DNA of 64,000 nt, from positions 434,001-498,000 of the forward strand of contig JBLWGC010000043.1 of assembly GCA_048772705.1 (NCBI GenBank), read 5' to 3'. Made by a program: the position numbers and the translations under genes. This document shows, piece by piece, positions 22,672 through 35,043 of the stretch (within the stretch, counting starts at the first letter, position 1; each line of letters begins with the position of its first letter). The DNA comes from Leidyana gryllorum EB-2025a (lineage: Eukaryota > Protista > Apicomplexa). A model generated the notes under the pieces. It was not told where the DNA came from and searched no databases. It worked only from the letters and a program-made list of their open reading frames with translations.

Positions 22672-23968
22672 ACTGACTGAGGCTTCCTGAGCCCCCCTTG
22701 GCATCCCTCACACTCCTCACGCGGCACTGTGTAACAACACGTTGCCAACTCTTCTTCCTCATCCTCAACTCGACCCAAGAATGTTTTACTTACAAAGTAT
22801 GCTCCCTACGGGGCTGCAACCGGGGCGTCTTAAAGTGCTATGACAGACGGACTTGATGTCAGTGGCCCTGAAAGGCATGTTCGTTTGATGACTCATTCTG
22901 GCGTGGACGTTCCTCCTTCTAACTGATGCGCATTTGGTTCCATTGGCAAACGTTTGCCTGCAGTTCGGCAGAGGATGCTGTAGAACGGTGTGATAACATG
23001 CCCTTCGGCGGAAATCGGTTACGTGTGGAATTCACTGGACAGCGGAAGCCGAAGAGAGGTGGTGGCCCCTATGCGGGCAGTGGCCCACCAGTGAGGTGAG
23101 TCGAGGGCGATTTAAAGGAGAGAGTTGCGTTTCGTTACCCTCCGCAGATCAGAGTATCGAGTTATCGTGTTGGGGCTCCCCAAACAAGTATCGTGGCAGG
23201 ATCTCAAGGATCACATGCGAGCTGCTGGTAATGTTGGCTATGCCGTTATCGATGACGAACACGTAAGTGACGTCTCCGTCTCATTGAAGCAATGTGTCGC
23301 AGCGGGGCATCGTTGAGTACGAAGACGAAAGAGGCCAAATGCGGGCCCTCGAGAGGCTGCATCGTTCAGAGTTCCGTAACCCTTTCGCCAGGGCTATCAT
23401 TAAGGTGAGCAAAAAACGCGACTTCCTCCTTGTCAACCGCTCCACACAGGTGTACACTGAGGATCAGTTGGAAGGACGCGGTCGTTCAGCGTCTCCCCGC
23501 CGACGCTCACCTTCCCCACGCCGAAGTCGCCGATACGAGTCTGACCGCAAACGAGGTCGTTCCCCAGTGGAGGGCAGGGACGACTCCGGGAAGCGTCGTC
23601 GTTACGGCGACGAGGACAACCAGAGTGATTCAGTGACGCCGTCGAACAGGCGGAGCCCACAACGTCGTCGCTCTCCCCGAGCCCGTTCCCCGACCCCGCG
23701 CGGCCGCTCTCAATCACCGCCTCCGTCGCACGATCAGCGCGGAGGGCGTCGCTCCCGCACGCCATCACCCCACTATAGTGCTGGGAGGAGGTCCAACCAC
23801 GAGGACGATGAGGTTATTCATCGTCAGTCAGACGAAGCTCCCCCGTCGTCAGGGTCGGCAAACTCCCCCCTCAAGAGATCTCCATCAAACGATAGAGACC
23901 GCTCACGTTCGCCTGGACGGTCTCCGGAACCATCTGGAAGTTGGTCTTCTCAGGGAAGACAAGACTAA
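22367..23968 (+). CDS. SR splicing factor, SRSF1/ASF-like (two RRMs + RS domain)
   Basis: RIYIGNLP (RNP2), AFAFVEF (RNP1), NRLRVEF, pseudo-RRM [14 protein letters not shown]-rich tail. Confidence 0.9.
22634..22670. repeat. (GT)n microsatellite in the long SR-gene intron
   Basis: tgtgtgtgtgtgtgtgtgtgcgagtgtgtgtgtgtgt. Confidence 0.85.
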
Positions 23969-23996
23969 CTGTGAAATTCGATGTAGTTGATTTTAT

Positions 23997-25175
23997 CTAG
24001 GCGGTCCACTCTCCCCCGAGAGCGATGCACTGATCTTGGGTCAAAGTACACAGACTTCCACCGTAGGCCAGGAGGTTCGCTACACTCGAGGGGGCGTAAC
24101 TTCGTGCAGCGAGCAGATCTCCTTGTGATATTGTGCAACAACCGACCGTTGCTGTAGGATCGAGGCTTCGGTCGGGCATGACAATGAGTGCGCGTACTGA
24201 AACAAGTTCAGCTCCGTACAGAAAAGGCTCGTGTATGTGGTCGTTGAGTCCCAGCCCGCATCCTTCGGTAAATTCGACTGTCACTTTGAACAGTACTCCC
24301 GGTTCGAGAACCCCGACTTCCTTCCAGAGCGAACTGAGATCTGGCGCTGGCGAAACGTAGGGAGGAGCAAAAAACATGCCGACTTGTGGCACATTCGAAT
24401 AGTCAAAAGTCACAGGTAGACGATCTTGGGGTGCTTGACACAGATCAATGTAGTCTCTACGGTGCTGCCGAGGCACCACGGCAGCCTGAGCCGCTCCAAA
24501 GCTATTGCGGTGACTCGACGAGTGTCCAGTAGACCCTCCCAAAACATAACCTATGTGACCGGGCCGTTGTTGCGGCCAACAAATCCTCGAATCCGCATTC
24601 TCAAAGTAAAAAGCCACCGACACCTCGGCGTCCAGAAACGTAAACCAGTCATTCGAACCATCAATCGGCCACATGTTTGCACTGTACCGCACTGGCACCG
24701 ATGTGCTGTAACCGGGAAAGCTGATTTGCCGTTGAGTCGTAGTTCGCCCTTGGCACACCTCAGTACTCGTCACCGTTTGCTCAACCAGGTACACCACGCT
24801 GTCGAGTTTGGCGGGAGGCGCAGCATAGTGCCCTGACAAGCAGCCCGCCAGATGGTCGGGGTCACAGAACATGTTGCCCTGACATACTGTGGACACCGCT
24901 GTCGTGTACATTTCACGACATAGAAGACATGCTGGATCGTTGTTGGTACATAAGTCCAACAGGATCTTCGTGTTTATCCTGAGAGTGTCGAAAGGCTCCT
25001 CGTGATCAGATGGGAAGGTGAAACGGGGCTCCAATGTACGATTGCGTTTGAAGGCCTCAATGGCCTCGCGATGCTCACGCAACACTTGTTTGAGGGTAGG
25101 AGGAGGACTACCTGAGACCACCACCAAAGAGATGTGGATAACCACCAGCAAGAAAGTAAGAACAACCACCACCAT
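23997..25175 (-). CDS. Secreted Cys-rich protein, unknown function (intronless)
   Basis: Hydrophobic signal MVVVVLTFLLVVIHISLVVVSG and many Cys; ATG at 25175. Confidence 0.75.
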   Translation of the reverse strand: MVVVVLTFLLVVIHISLVVVSGSPPPTLKQVLREHREAIEAFKRNRTLEPRFTFPSDHEEPFDTLRINTKILLDLCTNNDPACLLCREMYTTAVSTVCQGNMFCDPDHLAGCLSGHYAAPPAKLDSVVYLVEQTVTSTEVCQGRTTTQRQISFPGYSTSVPVRYSANMWPIDGSNDWFTFLDAEVSVAFYFENADSRICWPQQRPGHIGYVLGGSTGHSSSHRNSFGAAQAAVVPRQHRRDYIDLCQAPQDRLPVTFDYSNVPQVGMFFAPPYVSPAPDLSSLWKEVGVLEPGVLFKVTVEFTEGCGLGLNDHIHEPFLYGAELVSVRALIVMPDRSLDPTATVGCCTISQGDLLAARSYAPSSVANLLAYGGSLCTLTQDQCIALGGEWTA

Positions 25176-25241
25176 TCTACACACTATTAAATATTCCCAG
25201 CTCGTCGGTCGGTCGGTCGGTCTATCTCACAAACCTCGTCG

Positions 25242-28200
25242 TCACTCGTTCCGCAAGGCTGTTGACACCAGTCTGGCAGCTAAGTCTTTGGAGGAACTCC
25301 GAACTTGAACTTTCCCAAGAACTCCGTGCGCTGTCTCCACCAGCATGGCTCTCACCAGGATAATGTCGGGACTACCCACTGCTCTTCCCACTAAGAGGAC
25401 CTTGTCTGGAGCTGCAACCCCAGTCTCCGGGTCCTTAACTTCCGCCTTATGCATGTTGAACTGGCCCACCAGTTTCTCCGCGGCTACTGTCAAGCCACCC
25501 CGAATGTGTCCAAAGTTCATCTTTATCACCGTCTCGTTCTCGGCCCCCACCGCGTTCCATTGATTCACCACTTCCTGATGATTCAACCGGACAGGACAGA
25601 TATAGTCTCCGCTGTTTATAGCGATCGGCATGATCTCGTACGTGTCATCGAACCCAATGTCGTCTCCATCTTCCTTCACCACAAAAGCGAGCTTCGCCAT
25701 CAGAGTACACATCGCGCCCAACTCTTGGCCCGCAACTCGCCGCATCAATACGTACAAAGACTTCTCCTGCTCGAATTCCAACGACGGTATCACTGTTTGG
25801 GCGACCACTTCGTACGGACTGTTAACGGGTAAAGTGAGTCTCAAAGAAACATTGCACAGTGTCTGCTTCTCCACAGTATTCCGGACCACCAACTCCATAC
25901 TCAGCCACTCTGTCTGTGTCCAGAAGTGCTTCACCACCTGAACCACATATTCCGCTTCGCGCTCCGTCAGGTATGCAGGCGACGTCTCGTGATGAACTCG
26001 GCCGAGATCGGCCCCTTCCGGAGCCAACTCGCCCCTGATGACAGTGTCATAAGCGACCTCAGGCACTGCCTGACGTGCCGGTGTCGGTCTGCTGGTTTCT
26101 CCCGCAGCCGCCAATAACGCGGCCCGTTCCTCCTCCGCCAGCTGAGCCAATTCCCGAGCCTTCTGAGCATTGTACGCCTCCTCAGTGGGCAGTCCACTGA
26201 GATCAAATGGCACATTCTCCTGTCCAGACGACAGATGAGCACTGAGATTCTCAACCAGAGCCTCCAAGGAGAAATCCAATTGCCGGTCTGCAACATCAAA
26301 GGATCGAACCATCAAGTCTTCAACCGATGGGGGCTCAGAGGCAGCCGTAGACGCATCATCTCCTCCAGCACGGCTATCGGGTTTCAGAATCCGCATCGCA
26401 CTTCTTACGCGCTCACGGACTTCGTCTTCAGTGTCCAGCTCCAACCCGCTCTTGAACATAGTCAAGACATCATCCCGAACAGAGGGACATTGCACCGCGA
26501 TACGTACCAAAGAGTCCACGGCCGCGCCCCGCACCGATGGGTTCTCCAAGATGGCTCGGTTGTAGATGAAGCGCAGAAACTTTCGGGGATGTGTAGTCTT
26601 CGGGATTTCGGTGGTCAAGAAGGCCAGCACATGGCAGCAGAGACTGCTGTAGGCACAATCCTCGATAAAGTCTGCCAACTGCAGCAGTATAATCTCATGG
26701 ATTGCGGGACTTTCTCGAGCCAAGAAGCAAAGAGTGTCCACTGAATAGGCCTTTGACCGGCTGCCGCCTTTTTCTCGCAGTTGCTGGGCCAGGAACCCTG
26801 CAATGGTCTGCATCCGTTTGGGATAGGCGACACAGAGAGAACGAAGGGCGACCACCACCTCGACCCGTTGCGACTCCGAGATGTCTGAAACGAGCAATCA
26901 GACATTTGGAGGCGATGCAGAAGGGGCTCGAACACTCACCACAGCCCATCATAACATCAGATACCTTTCTGATCAGCTTGTCGACCTCATTGTCCTGAGC
27001 ACTCTTTAACATGGTGATGAGAGCCAAAACCGCCACAGCGCGGCACGGATCGGTGATCAACGGCTTGATGTCCGCCACGCACCTCGATACCCACTGTGGC
27101 TTGCTCTGTGCAACCTGGAGAGAGAGCGAAGAGTCGAGAATTTCCGCAGCTTGAACTCACTTTATACAACATTCGCACGGCAGCATATCGCACAACTGAT
27201 CTAATATTGCTCAGAAGTATCTGTAACGCAGCAATGGCGGGGGACACATCAAAATCTTGTGGAGGATTGGGACCATTGAATTTGGGAGAGTCCAAGCCGA
27301 GGGTCAATATGGCTCGAGCCGCCTCGAAGGTTACAATTTCTGTGCGGTGTTGAAGCGATTGTTCGAGGAAATCGTAGAGAGACTGCACAAATTATATTGC
27401 CAGAGGACATTGGGAGCAGGTCACCTTATCAAGAGCCGATTCGCCTGGCTGAGCCAAGAGCCGAGCAGCATATCGAATCAGTAGACATTCTGCCAAAGGA
27501 CTCTTGGTCACTCGTGCAGTCAGAGAGGCGATTACTCGATGGAGAGCAAGGCGATCATTTTTGCGCAGTTCGTAGAGCAGAACCAACGCATGGAATTGTA
27601 CCATCGGATTCCTGGAGGAAACACATTCTTGAACTTCATTGACCCATCGGCGAACCAATTCAGGTGCCGTCTTCGCCAGGTGAATACCGCAGAGTATGGC
27701 AGCCGAAGCTACGTGAGGGTTCTTGTCCACAATGGCCGCTTTGAAGAATCTATCGAGTTGCGACGCAGTATGAGGGTCGACAACTCTCACGATCGCACGG
27801 AAAGCGTTGGCCCGGAACAGGTCGTTGCTGCATCCAACATCCTTCGTCAAACTTGAGGTCACAACGAAGGCTTCCTCATGAGAAGGCTGTATAGTCTTGA
27901 TCAGCAGATACACCATGCGTCGCAGGTGAGAGCTCGTGCACTGGAACAGTCGGGTGGAGGCAAAGAAGATATCAGTCTTCTCCGTCTGTGTGAATTCCAC
28001 GCCTCGCATACTGAGATATAGGATTTTGCAGATTACGGACACGCATCGCCGTGAATCTACTGGGGTCTCGGTGAAGCATCGCCTTTCCTGCAGTACACCT
28101 GCTTTGTTGGCGGAAGTCAATTCCCGTGGCTCGGTGAAAACTGTCAACGTTATGGAAGAATCGGACCCCACAACCGATTTGCTGCTTACTGGAGGGGTCA

Positions 28201-28280
28201 ACGAGGTCCAGACCTGCACTCCCACCAATGTCCTGGATGACCTTGCGGAATTTGGTGGGCAAGTTGATAGAGCCTAACAT
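25242..28280 (-). CDS. COPG: Coatomer subunit gamma
   Basis: VLQERRCFTETPV, HLRRMVYLLIK, LVRRWVNEVQE, FIEDCAY, KFLRFIYNRAILEN, LTEREAEYVV. Confidence 0.95.
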
Positions 28281-29045
28281 CTTTTTTCCTCAAAATTCAA
28301 CTTGTAGTCATCGCCCATGTACGATGCACTCGTTCCAACCCATCGGCGTGGGCTATTCAGACACTAAAGTGACCGTCTGACATCGCTGACGATACATCGC
28401 TCACTCGACGATTAGTAATGCCGAGGTGAACATCAGTCAATTGTCGTCTGATCCGCCAAGTTTGCCTGGCCAGTGCTGCAGAGTCAAGCGGAACACGGCG
28501 AATGAAAGTGTGAGGCCGGTCGAGCGAGATTCACGTGTTGGGGCTGGCGTGTGTGCTAATACGGAGACACGGTCGTACTGCATTGAACCGCTGTTTTAGT
28601 GTCTTCCTATGTGCTCAGCATCTTCACACGAGTTCCTTGCCCCATCAGCCATGCGTCTACACGATAATCATAGATCATCTTGTCGATGGCTTGTTTGATT
28701 GTGGCGAATTCTACCAAGACTGTTCCTCTTGGACACTATCATATATTCTACATTTCTCAAAAGCAGCTGATCTGGCAGTGAGGCGTTGTGATGGTGAGTG
28801 TACTTGATTCTGACTGTAGGATGAAGACACTCAGTGTTCAGTGACGGACTGAGTATTCCACTTCTGGAGTGGTTACAATAAGATTTGGGTCGATTTTTGG
28901 GCTGATTGATGACTCGCCTTCTTCATAATAATTGGTTTCATAGCCGACAAGGCCACTGGACTCAACCCAAGTGCTGCTCTGCGGAGTGAGAAGGGGTCAG
29001 TCAGTTGTGAGTGTTCAAAAAAAAGTTGTGACTCATCGTGAGGTG

Positions 29046-32000
29046 ATGGTGGTGGACGATGATATGATGTGCAATGGCGGCGACACTGGATTATCTTCTA
29101 GTCAATTGGAGCACTTTGTCCGGCTGTATTTAAATTTGTCGCTGGAGAAGCGGATAGCGTTCAATGCTATCAAACTGGTGGTTGAAGGTTATACCGGCGC
29201 CTTACCAGTGCCAGAAGAATTGAGAGATTCGTTAGAGGAGGCAGCGGAAGCATCGCGCCGAGATGTAGACACAGCGACGTATATGGGTGACGTTGTGGGT
29301 ATTGCCAAGGCGCGGGATCAGGCCGATTTAATTAGTTATGCCCAAAGCTTGTTAACCCTGTATCGCCAAGTTCGACGAGGATTAATACCCGACGACGATG
29401 TTATTGAGGCCGTTAGGAGCCGATTGAGCCCAGAGACACTGACGACTTTGGATGAGGAAGCTGAGAAGGCGATTCAAGACGCCCGAGATGAGCAAGATGT
29501 TGTACCGCTGACCAAAGAAGTATTAGCGGACAAGGTTTTGCGTGGAGACCCACGATTGAGTCGATTCGCAGTACTTGGAACGTCAGAGCCAGGCACTGCC
29601 GCTCGTCAAGGGGCTCGTTTGGAGTTTTTCCGCGATCTTCAGGAGGCCCTCAGTCGTAAATTCCTGAAACGGAGTTTGCGAACCCCCGAGCAAATCTATC
29701 ACTACTTGACAGCACGCGATACCGGCGTGAGCTTGGCGAGTTTATCTGCAAACAGTGGCGAAGTGTACTTGGGAGCGGGCCATCCGAGCCAAAACGATCT
29801 CAAAGAAGACATTTTGGTCAAATTGGAGATCCTGATGGGTTCTTTGGCCCTCAAGTATCTACGACATCAGACCCCACCCGCTGCCCAGATCCCGGGGTAC
29901 CCACCAGTCTTACCTGCTGCTGCTCTGGCTGCAGCGGTATATTCCCGCAAGCCGGACCCCGCGACTCTCGCTTTCAACATGCTGCAGCGCCTGCGGGCTA
30001 ACAGTGTGGATCCCAACAAGCTCCACATCGCTCGCGTTGCTCACGTCAAAGGCGAGTTGATGGCAACTATAAAGTCGTTTGGTGAAGCGAGAAAATTGAA
30101 ACGTGAGAAGGCTCGAATGTTGGCTCGGGGTGCAGCGGCCAAACAACAAGCGATTGAGGCACGGCGACTTGCACAAGAAGAGCGAGAGAAGAAGGAGCGT
30201 ATGAAGGCTTTGCGGGAGAGGGATATGGATAGCTATATGATGATGATCAAAGAGACAAAGAACCAAAGAATTCACGATATCCTGGAAAACACTGAGCGAC
30301 TGCTGCAGGAGATTGGCGCCAAAGTCGAGTTGGAGCGTTCAGCCCTGGAGAAACGGCGCATGGAGCAGGAGAAGGCTGACAAAGCCGCCGCAATGAAAGA
30401 GGAGGACACTGAGGCAGGAGGCAAGAACACTGCCGATGGCGAGTCGAGCAAAGCTGGAGACGGCAAGGCAGAGGCGTCAGGATCGGGTAGCGCTGACCAA
30501 GCGAAGCCGAATGCTCAATACTACACTCTGAGTCATCGCGTTCGCGAGCAAGTGGTACAGCCGACCATCCTCAAAGGCGGCAAACTGATGCCCTACCAGA
30601 TTGCCGGTCTGGAGTTCATGATCTCTCTTTACAACAATAACATCAGCGGGATCTTGGCAGACGAGATGGGTCTGGGGAAGACCATTCAAACCATTGCCCT
30701 GATAGCCTATCTGAAGGAATCGAAGCACATCAACGGACCTCACCTGATCGCAGTACCCCTAAGTACGCTGCCTAACTGGTCGAACGAGTTCGCCAAGTGG
30801 TGTCCGTCTCTGAAGGTCATCCAATATCGGGGCAACAAAGACCAGCGTCGTAACCTCAATCACGAGGTGCGAAAAGGAAGATATAACGTGTTATTGACGA
30901 CTTTCGAATATATATTGAGAGAGAAAAAGGCGCTCTCCACTCCGAGATACAAGTTCATCATTGTGGATGAGGGACACAAGATGAAGAATGTGAAGAGCAA
31001 ATTCCATGCCACGTTGGGAGACTTCCGTTCCACAAACCGTCTTCTCCTCACCGGTACCCCGTTGCAGAATAACCTCAATGAGCTCTGGGCGCTCTTGAAT
31101 TTCCTCATGCCACAAACATTCAGCTCGGCTGAGGACTTTGAACGATGGTTTGAAGAACCGTTCAAGGACCAATTCGCGGGTGAGGCCAACAAGGAGGAGG
31201 TCGCTTTGACGGAAGAAGAGAAGTTGGTGGTCATCAACCGTCTCCATCTGGTGCTTCGGCCCTTCTTACTGAGGCGAGTCAAAGCTGATGTTCTCACTGA
31301 CCTCCCGAGCAAACGGGAGTACATTGTTCGTGTGCAATTATCGCGGTGGCAACAGCTTGTGTACGAGCAGTTGGTGAATCGATGTCTGAAAGTTCGGGAT
31401 GCCAATGGGAAGATCACGTCGAAATCCGTTACCAATGTGATTATGCAACTTCGTAAAGTGGTCAATCATCCTTATCTTTTCCTGGATCAGTACCCTCTGG
31501 ACAAGAATCTATGGCGGACAAGTGGCAAGTTCGAGGTCTTAGATCGCATGTTACCCAAACTGCTGCTCTTCAAGCACAAGACACTTATATTCAGTCAAAT
31601 GACATCGGTGATGGACATCCTTCAAGATTATTTGGACTTCAAACATATCAAATGGCACCGTTTGGATGGTTCTGTGACCGTCGAAGACCGCCAAAGCAAA
31701 ATGGATGACTTTAACCAACCAGACTCTGATGTCTATGTATTCATGTTGTCCACTCGGTAAGTCTCTCTCGCTCCTCTCCACTCAATAATACTGCTGCCAC
31801 CTTTTGCCTACAGTGCTGGCGGTCTGGGCGTCAATCTGCAAGCAGCCGATACTGTCATTATCTTTGACTCTGACTGGAATCCCCACCAAGATCTGCAAGC
31901 GCAAGCCCGTGCCCATCGTGTCGGACAGAAGAGTGAAGTTCGGGTCTTCCGGCTTGTGACCGTGTCTCCCGTTGAGGAACTTATATTAGCTCGCGCATCA

Positions 32001-32826
32001 CACAAGCTCAGCATCGATGAGCAGATCATTCAGGCGGGTATGTTCACCCAGAAGTTCGATGAAAGGGAACGAGAGGAGAGGTTGAGAGAACTGTTGAGTC
32101 AGAAGGACAAGAGTGAGAACGTTCGGGTGACCAGTCCACAAGAGTTAAATCGATATATGGCACGAAATGATGATGAAGAAGAAGCCTTCTCTCGGATGGA
32201 CATGGATGCCATGGGAGAGGAAGCCTATCATCAGTTCTTTGATAACGAACAGGAACTCGAGGGTGAATCCGAGGGCGCTCAGTCGCAGTCGGCCGGATCT
32301 CTCGAGCCTTTCGCGAGTGAAGACGCCGCCGCTGTCCCCTCATCGGAAAGCGGGATGCAGGCGAACGTGTCCGAGACGCCACAGAAGACCCCGGCGGGTA
32401 CTTCTGTCGACGGTGACGCCACCGATGTGGTTCACGAGGCAGAGGTCACCACCAGCAGTCGTGACGCAGGTCGCATTGAGGCTCTATTGATCTCGTCAGG
32501 CAGACTGGTCAGCGAGGACGAGATTCCTGATGACATCCTTCTGCCTAAAGGGCCGAAAGATGAGGAGTCATTCTTCAATGCCACAGCGGTGAGTTGAATC
32601 ACTTTGCACTCTCTATTTTGGATTTGTGATACTGTAGGATCTCGGCGTGAGGCGGTCGCGGTTAAGAGCGATGGAGAGTCTCACGGGCGCTGGACGAGAC
32701 GTCAGCCAGGAGAGTGAGAGTGAGGAGGACAATGAAGAGGCTCAAACCAGTCGTCAAACCTCAGAGGCTCCCAGCGCGAGAGCTGCTCGTAGTGCTCGCA
32801 GACGACGCGCAGTAGCTCAACGGTAG
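29046..32826 (+). CDS. SNF2/BRM-like chromatin-remodelling ATPase
   Basis: HSA-like [39 protein letters not shown]|[21 protein letters not shown]. Confidence 0.95.
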
Positions 32827-32854
32827 TCAATGATCATCGAACCCTTCTCAATGA

Positions 32855-33380
32855 ATGACACAAAAAAAATCAATGGATGCATTGGATCCCAGTGTGAATC
32901 CCAAGGCTTACCCCCTTGCGGACCCAGAAGTCACCGCGAGGATACATTTGGTGTGTAATCAGGCGCAGCACTATGACCAGTTGCGGAAGGGGGCTAATGA
33001 AAGTGAGAACCGATGGGATGCTTTTCGCCCAAACGACTTTTCTTCTTCTTCTTCAGCTGTTAAGGCTCTGATCAAAGGGAGTGCCCGTTTGGTGGTTTTG
33101 GCTGCCGACGCGGACCCGTTGGACATTATATTACACATTCCGCCACTTTGTGAAGACAAGGTAGGAAGCAGCTCCTTTGGTGGAGTTTGAGGGCATTCCC
33201 CCTTCGAAAACGAATTTGCAGAACGTCTTGTATGCATTTGTGCCAGCCAAGGTAGCGTTGGGTAGAGCTTGCGGCGTGCCTCGTCCAGTGGTAGCCGCTG
33301 CCATAGTCCACAGGCCAGATTCGGCTCTGGAGCCCCAGATACTCGATCTGGTGGGAAGATTCGAGCAGCTTTTCGTCTAA
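32855..33380 (+). CDS. SNU13: Snu13/15.5K (L7Ae family) RNA-binding protein
   Basis: VNPKAYPLAD, QLRKGANE, ILHIPPLCEDK|NV, ALGRACGVPRPV; two introns. Confidence 0.93.
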
Positions 33381-33392
33381 AGGTTCGGAGAG

Positions 33393-35012
33393 ATGATGCA
33401 GCGCCTCTTATCTGTTGCGGGAATCGCGGCGAGTCTCTCTGTCGTGAGCGCCCGGAAGATTCGATTCGTTTGGCTATCAGATCTCCACCTTGACGTTGAG
33501 TACAGCTCTGTGGCAGGACAACGGACGTACTGTCGGGGTAATGTAACACAAGAGACTGTCTTGCGAAAATGCTCCTCCTTGGCGGATATGATGAATGTCA
33601 ATCTGTCCGCTTGGGACGGGGCGGCGGAGGACGATGACAGTGAGCCCGAAGTGGTGGAGAACCGCCAAGATGATTTGAGTGTACCGCTTCTGCCCGCCTA
33701 TCACGGACGGTTTGGGTGTGACGCACCCCCGTCGCTTGTCTGGGCGACTCTGCTATCAATTCGGGAACGCTTATCCAGGACGCCTGCCGAGTTTCTGCTC
33801 ATTACCGGAGACTTCGCGGGACACTACTGGAGCGATCACAGGTGTTTGAGGTCCCTGACGTTGGTGGCAGCCACCAATTTGCTAAAGGAAGCCTTCAAAC
33901 CCGGGGCACGGTCGTGCGTTCCGACTACTTTCGGAAACCAGAGTCACGTATTACATGCAGTCTTGAAGGAGTGTGATCTGCCCGCCGAGCCACCCAGAAA
34001 GATGGCTCAACCTGTATTTTGCGTTGGTAACAATGATCTCAAACACGACTACATAGCGGATGAGAACTCTGATTGGAATCGCGAACTGTATAAGTTATGG
34101 AAAGGATGGGTAATCCCACCCGATCAAGAGACGTTTTTCACTCGGGGTCTGTATTATTCTGTACCTCTGCGTAATGTTGTTAGCGAGAACGGTCGCAAAA
34201 CACGAATCATTTGTCTAAACACAATGTGGTGGGCTCGCACCGGCCCCTCATCGACTGAGACCCATGATCCAGCTGGACAGCACGCGTGGCTGGAGGAGCA
34301 GTTGGCTTTGGGTAGAAAACGGAATGACAATGTAATCATCGCTGGACACATACCACCCTCTCACGCACTATACCGTCTGGCAAACGCTGGTGGGGGGTTC
34401 GCAGTGGACCGTCAATGGCATGATTATCACAATAAACGCTATCACCATCTGATCTGGAAGTACAGAGATGTCGTCAAAGGTCAATACTTTGGACACTTTC
34501 ACACTGACGACATCCGCTTCCAAACGCGCCGACACCACAACAGTGGGCGGATAGACCCCAGCGGGGTCGTTCTCGTCGCCCCTGCCATCTGTCCCAACCA
34601 CGGTAGCAATCCTTCCTGGAGATTGGCAGTGGCCGAGACTGAGCCCGAGTGGGTATTGGAAGATTACGAACAGATATATGTTCCATTGTATGGCAACTCG
34701 AGGCAGTTGGCAACGTTCAACCCCTCGCGCCTCCCGCAATTCGAAACGGAGTATCTGTCCAGAGAACGGTTCAAGGGAGCCAAAGATCTAAGTGTTGCAG
34801 AATTATTTGATCACTATTGGAAGACACTCTCAAATGATGGATATCAGCAGTACTGGAACACACAGACGGCGATGGGAGATCTTCCTCCCTCGTTTTTAAT
34901 GAAATGTATCATTCAAGAAGATTGGATAACTGAAAGTGTGCGAAGATGTGTGACCAGATACGTAAACGAAACCGTCGAACGCGGTGAATCACTCGTCTTC
35001 CTGACCCACTAA
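33393..35012 (+). CDS. Secreted calcineurin-like metallophosphoesterase (acid sphingomyelinase/SMPDL3-like)
   Basis: Signal peptide; SDLHLD, GRFGCDAP, TGD, GNND, GHIPP, FGHFHTD. Confidence 0.9.
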   Translation: MMQRLLSVAGIAASLSVVSARKIRFVWLSDLHLDVEYSSVAGQRTYCRGNVTQETVLRKCSSLADMMNVNLSAWDGAAEDDDSEPEVVENRQDDLSVPLLPAYHGRFGCDAPPSLVWATLLSIRERLSRTPAEFLLITGDFAGHYWSDHRCLRSLTLVAATNLLKEAFKPGARSCVPTTFGNQSHVLHAVLKECDLPAEPPRKMAQPVFCVGNNDLKHDYIADENSDWNRELYKLWKGWVIPPDQETFFTRGLYYSVPLRNVVSENGRKTRIICLNTMWWARTGPSSTETHDPAGQHAWLEEQLALGRKRNDNVIIAGHIPPSHALYRLANAGGGFAVDRQWHDYHNKRYHHLIWKYRDVVKGQYFGHFHTDDIRFQTRRHHNSGRIDPSGVVLVAPAICPNHGSNPSWRLAVAETEPEWVLEDYEQIYVPLYGNSRQLATFNPSRLPQFETEYLSRERFKGAKDLSVAELFDHYWKTLSNDGYQQYWNTQTAMGDLPPSFLMKCIIQEDWITESVRRCVTRYVNETVERGESLVFLTH

Positions 35013-35043
35013 AAGTCTCAATCGTAGCATTATTTGATTGTTT

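Noticed and set aside
22840-22930. C/D box snoRNA as a firm feature
   Set aside because: No canonical 5' RUGAUGA box with terminal stem, and no rRNA guide identified.
28820-28905. Spliceosomal snRNA call
   Set aside because: An Sm-like site is present, but no U1, U2 or U5 hallmark sequence was found. Kept only as an unresolved finding.
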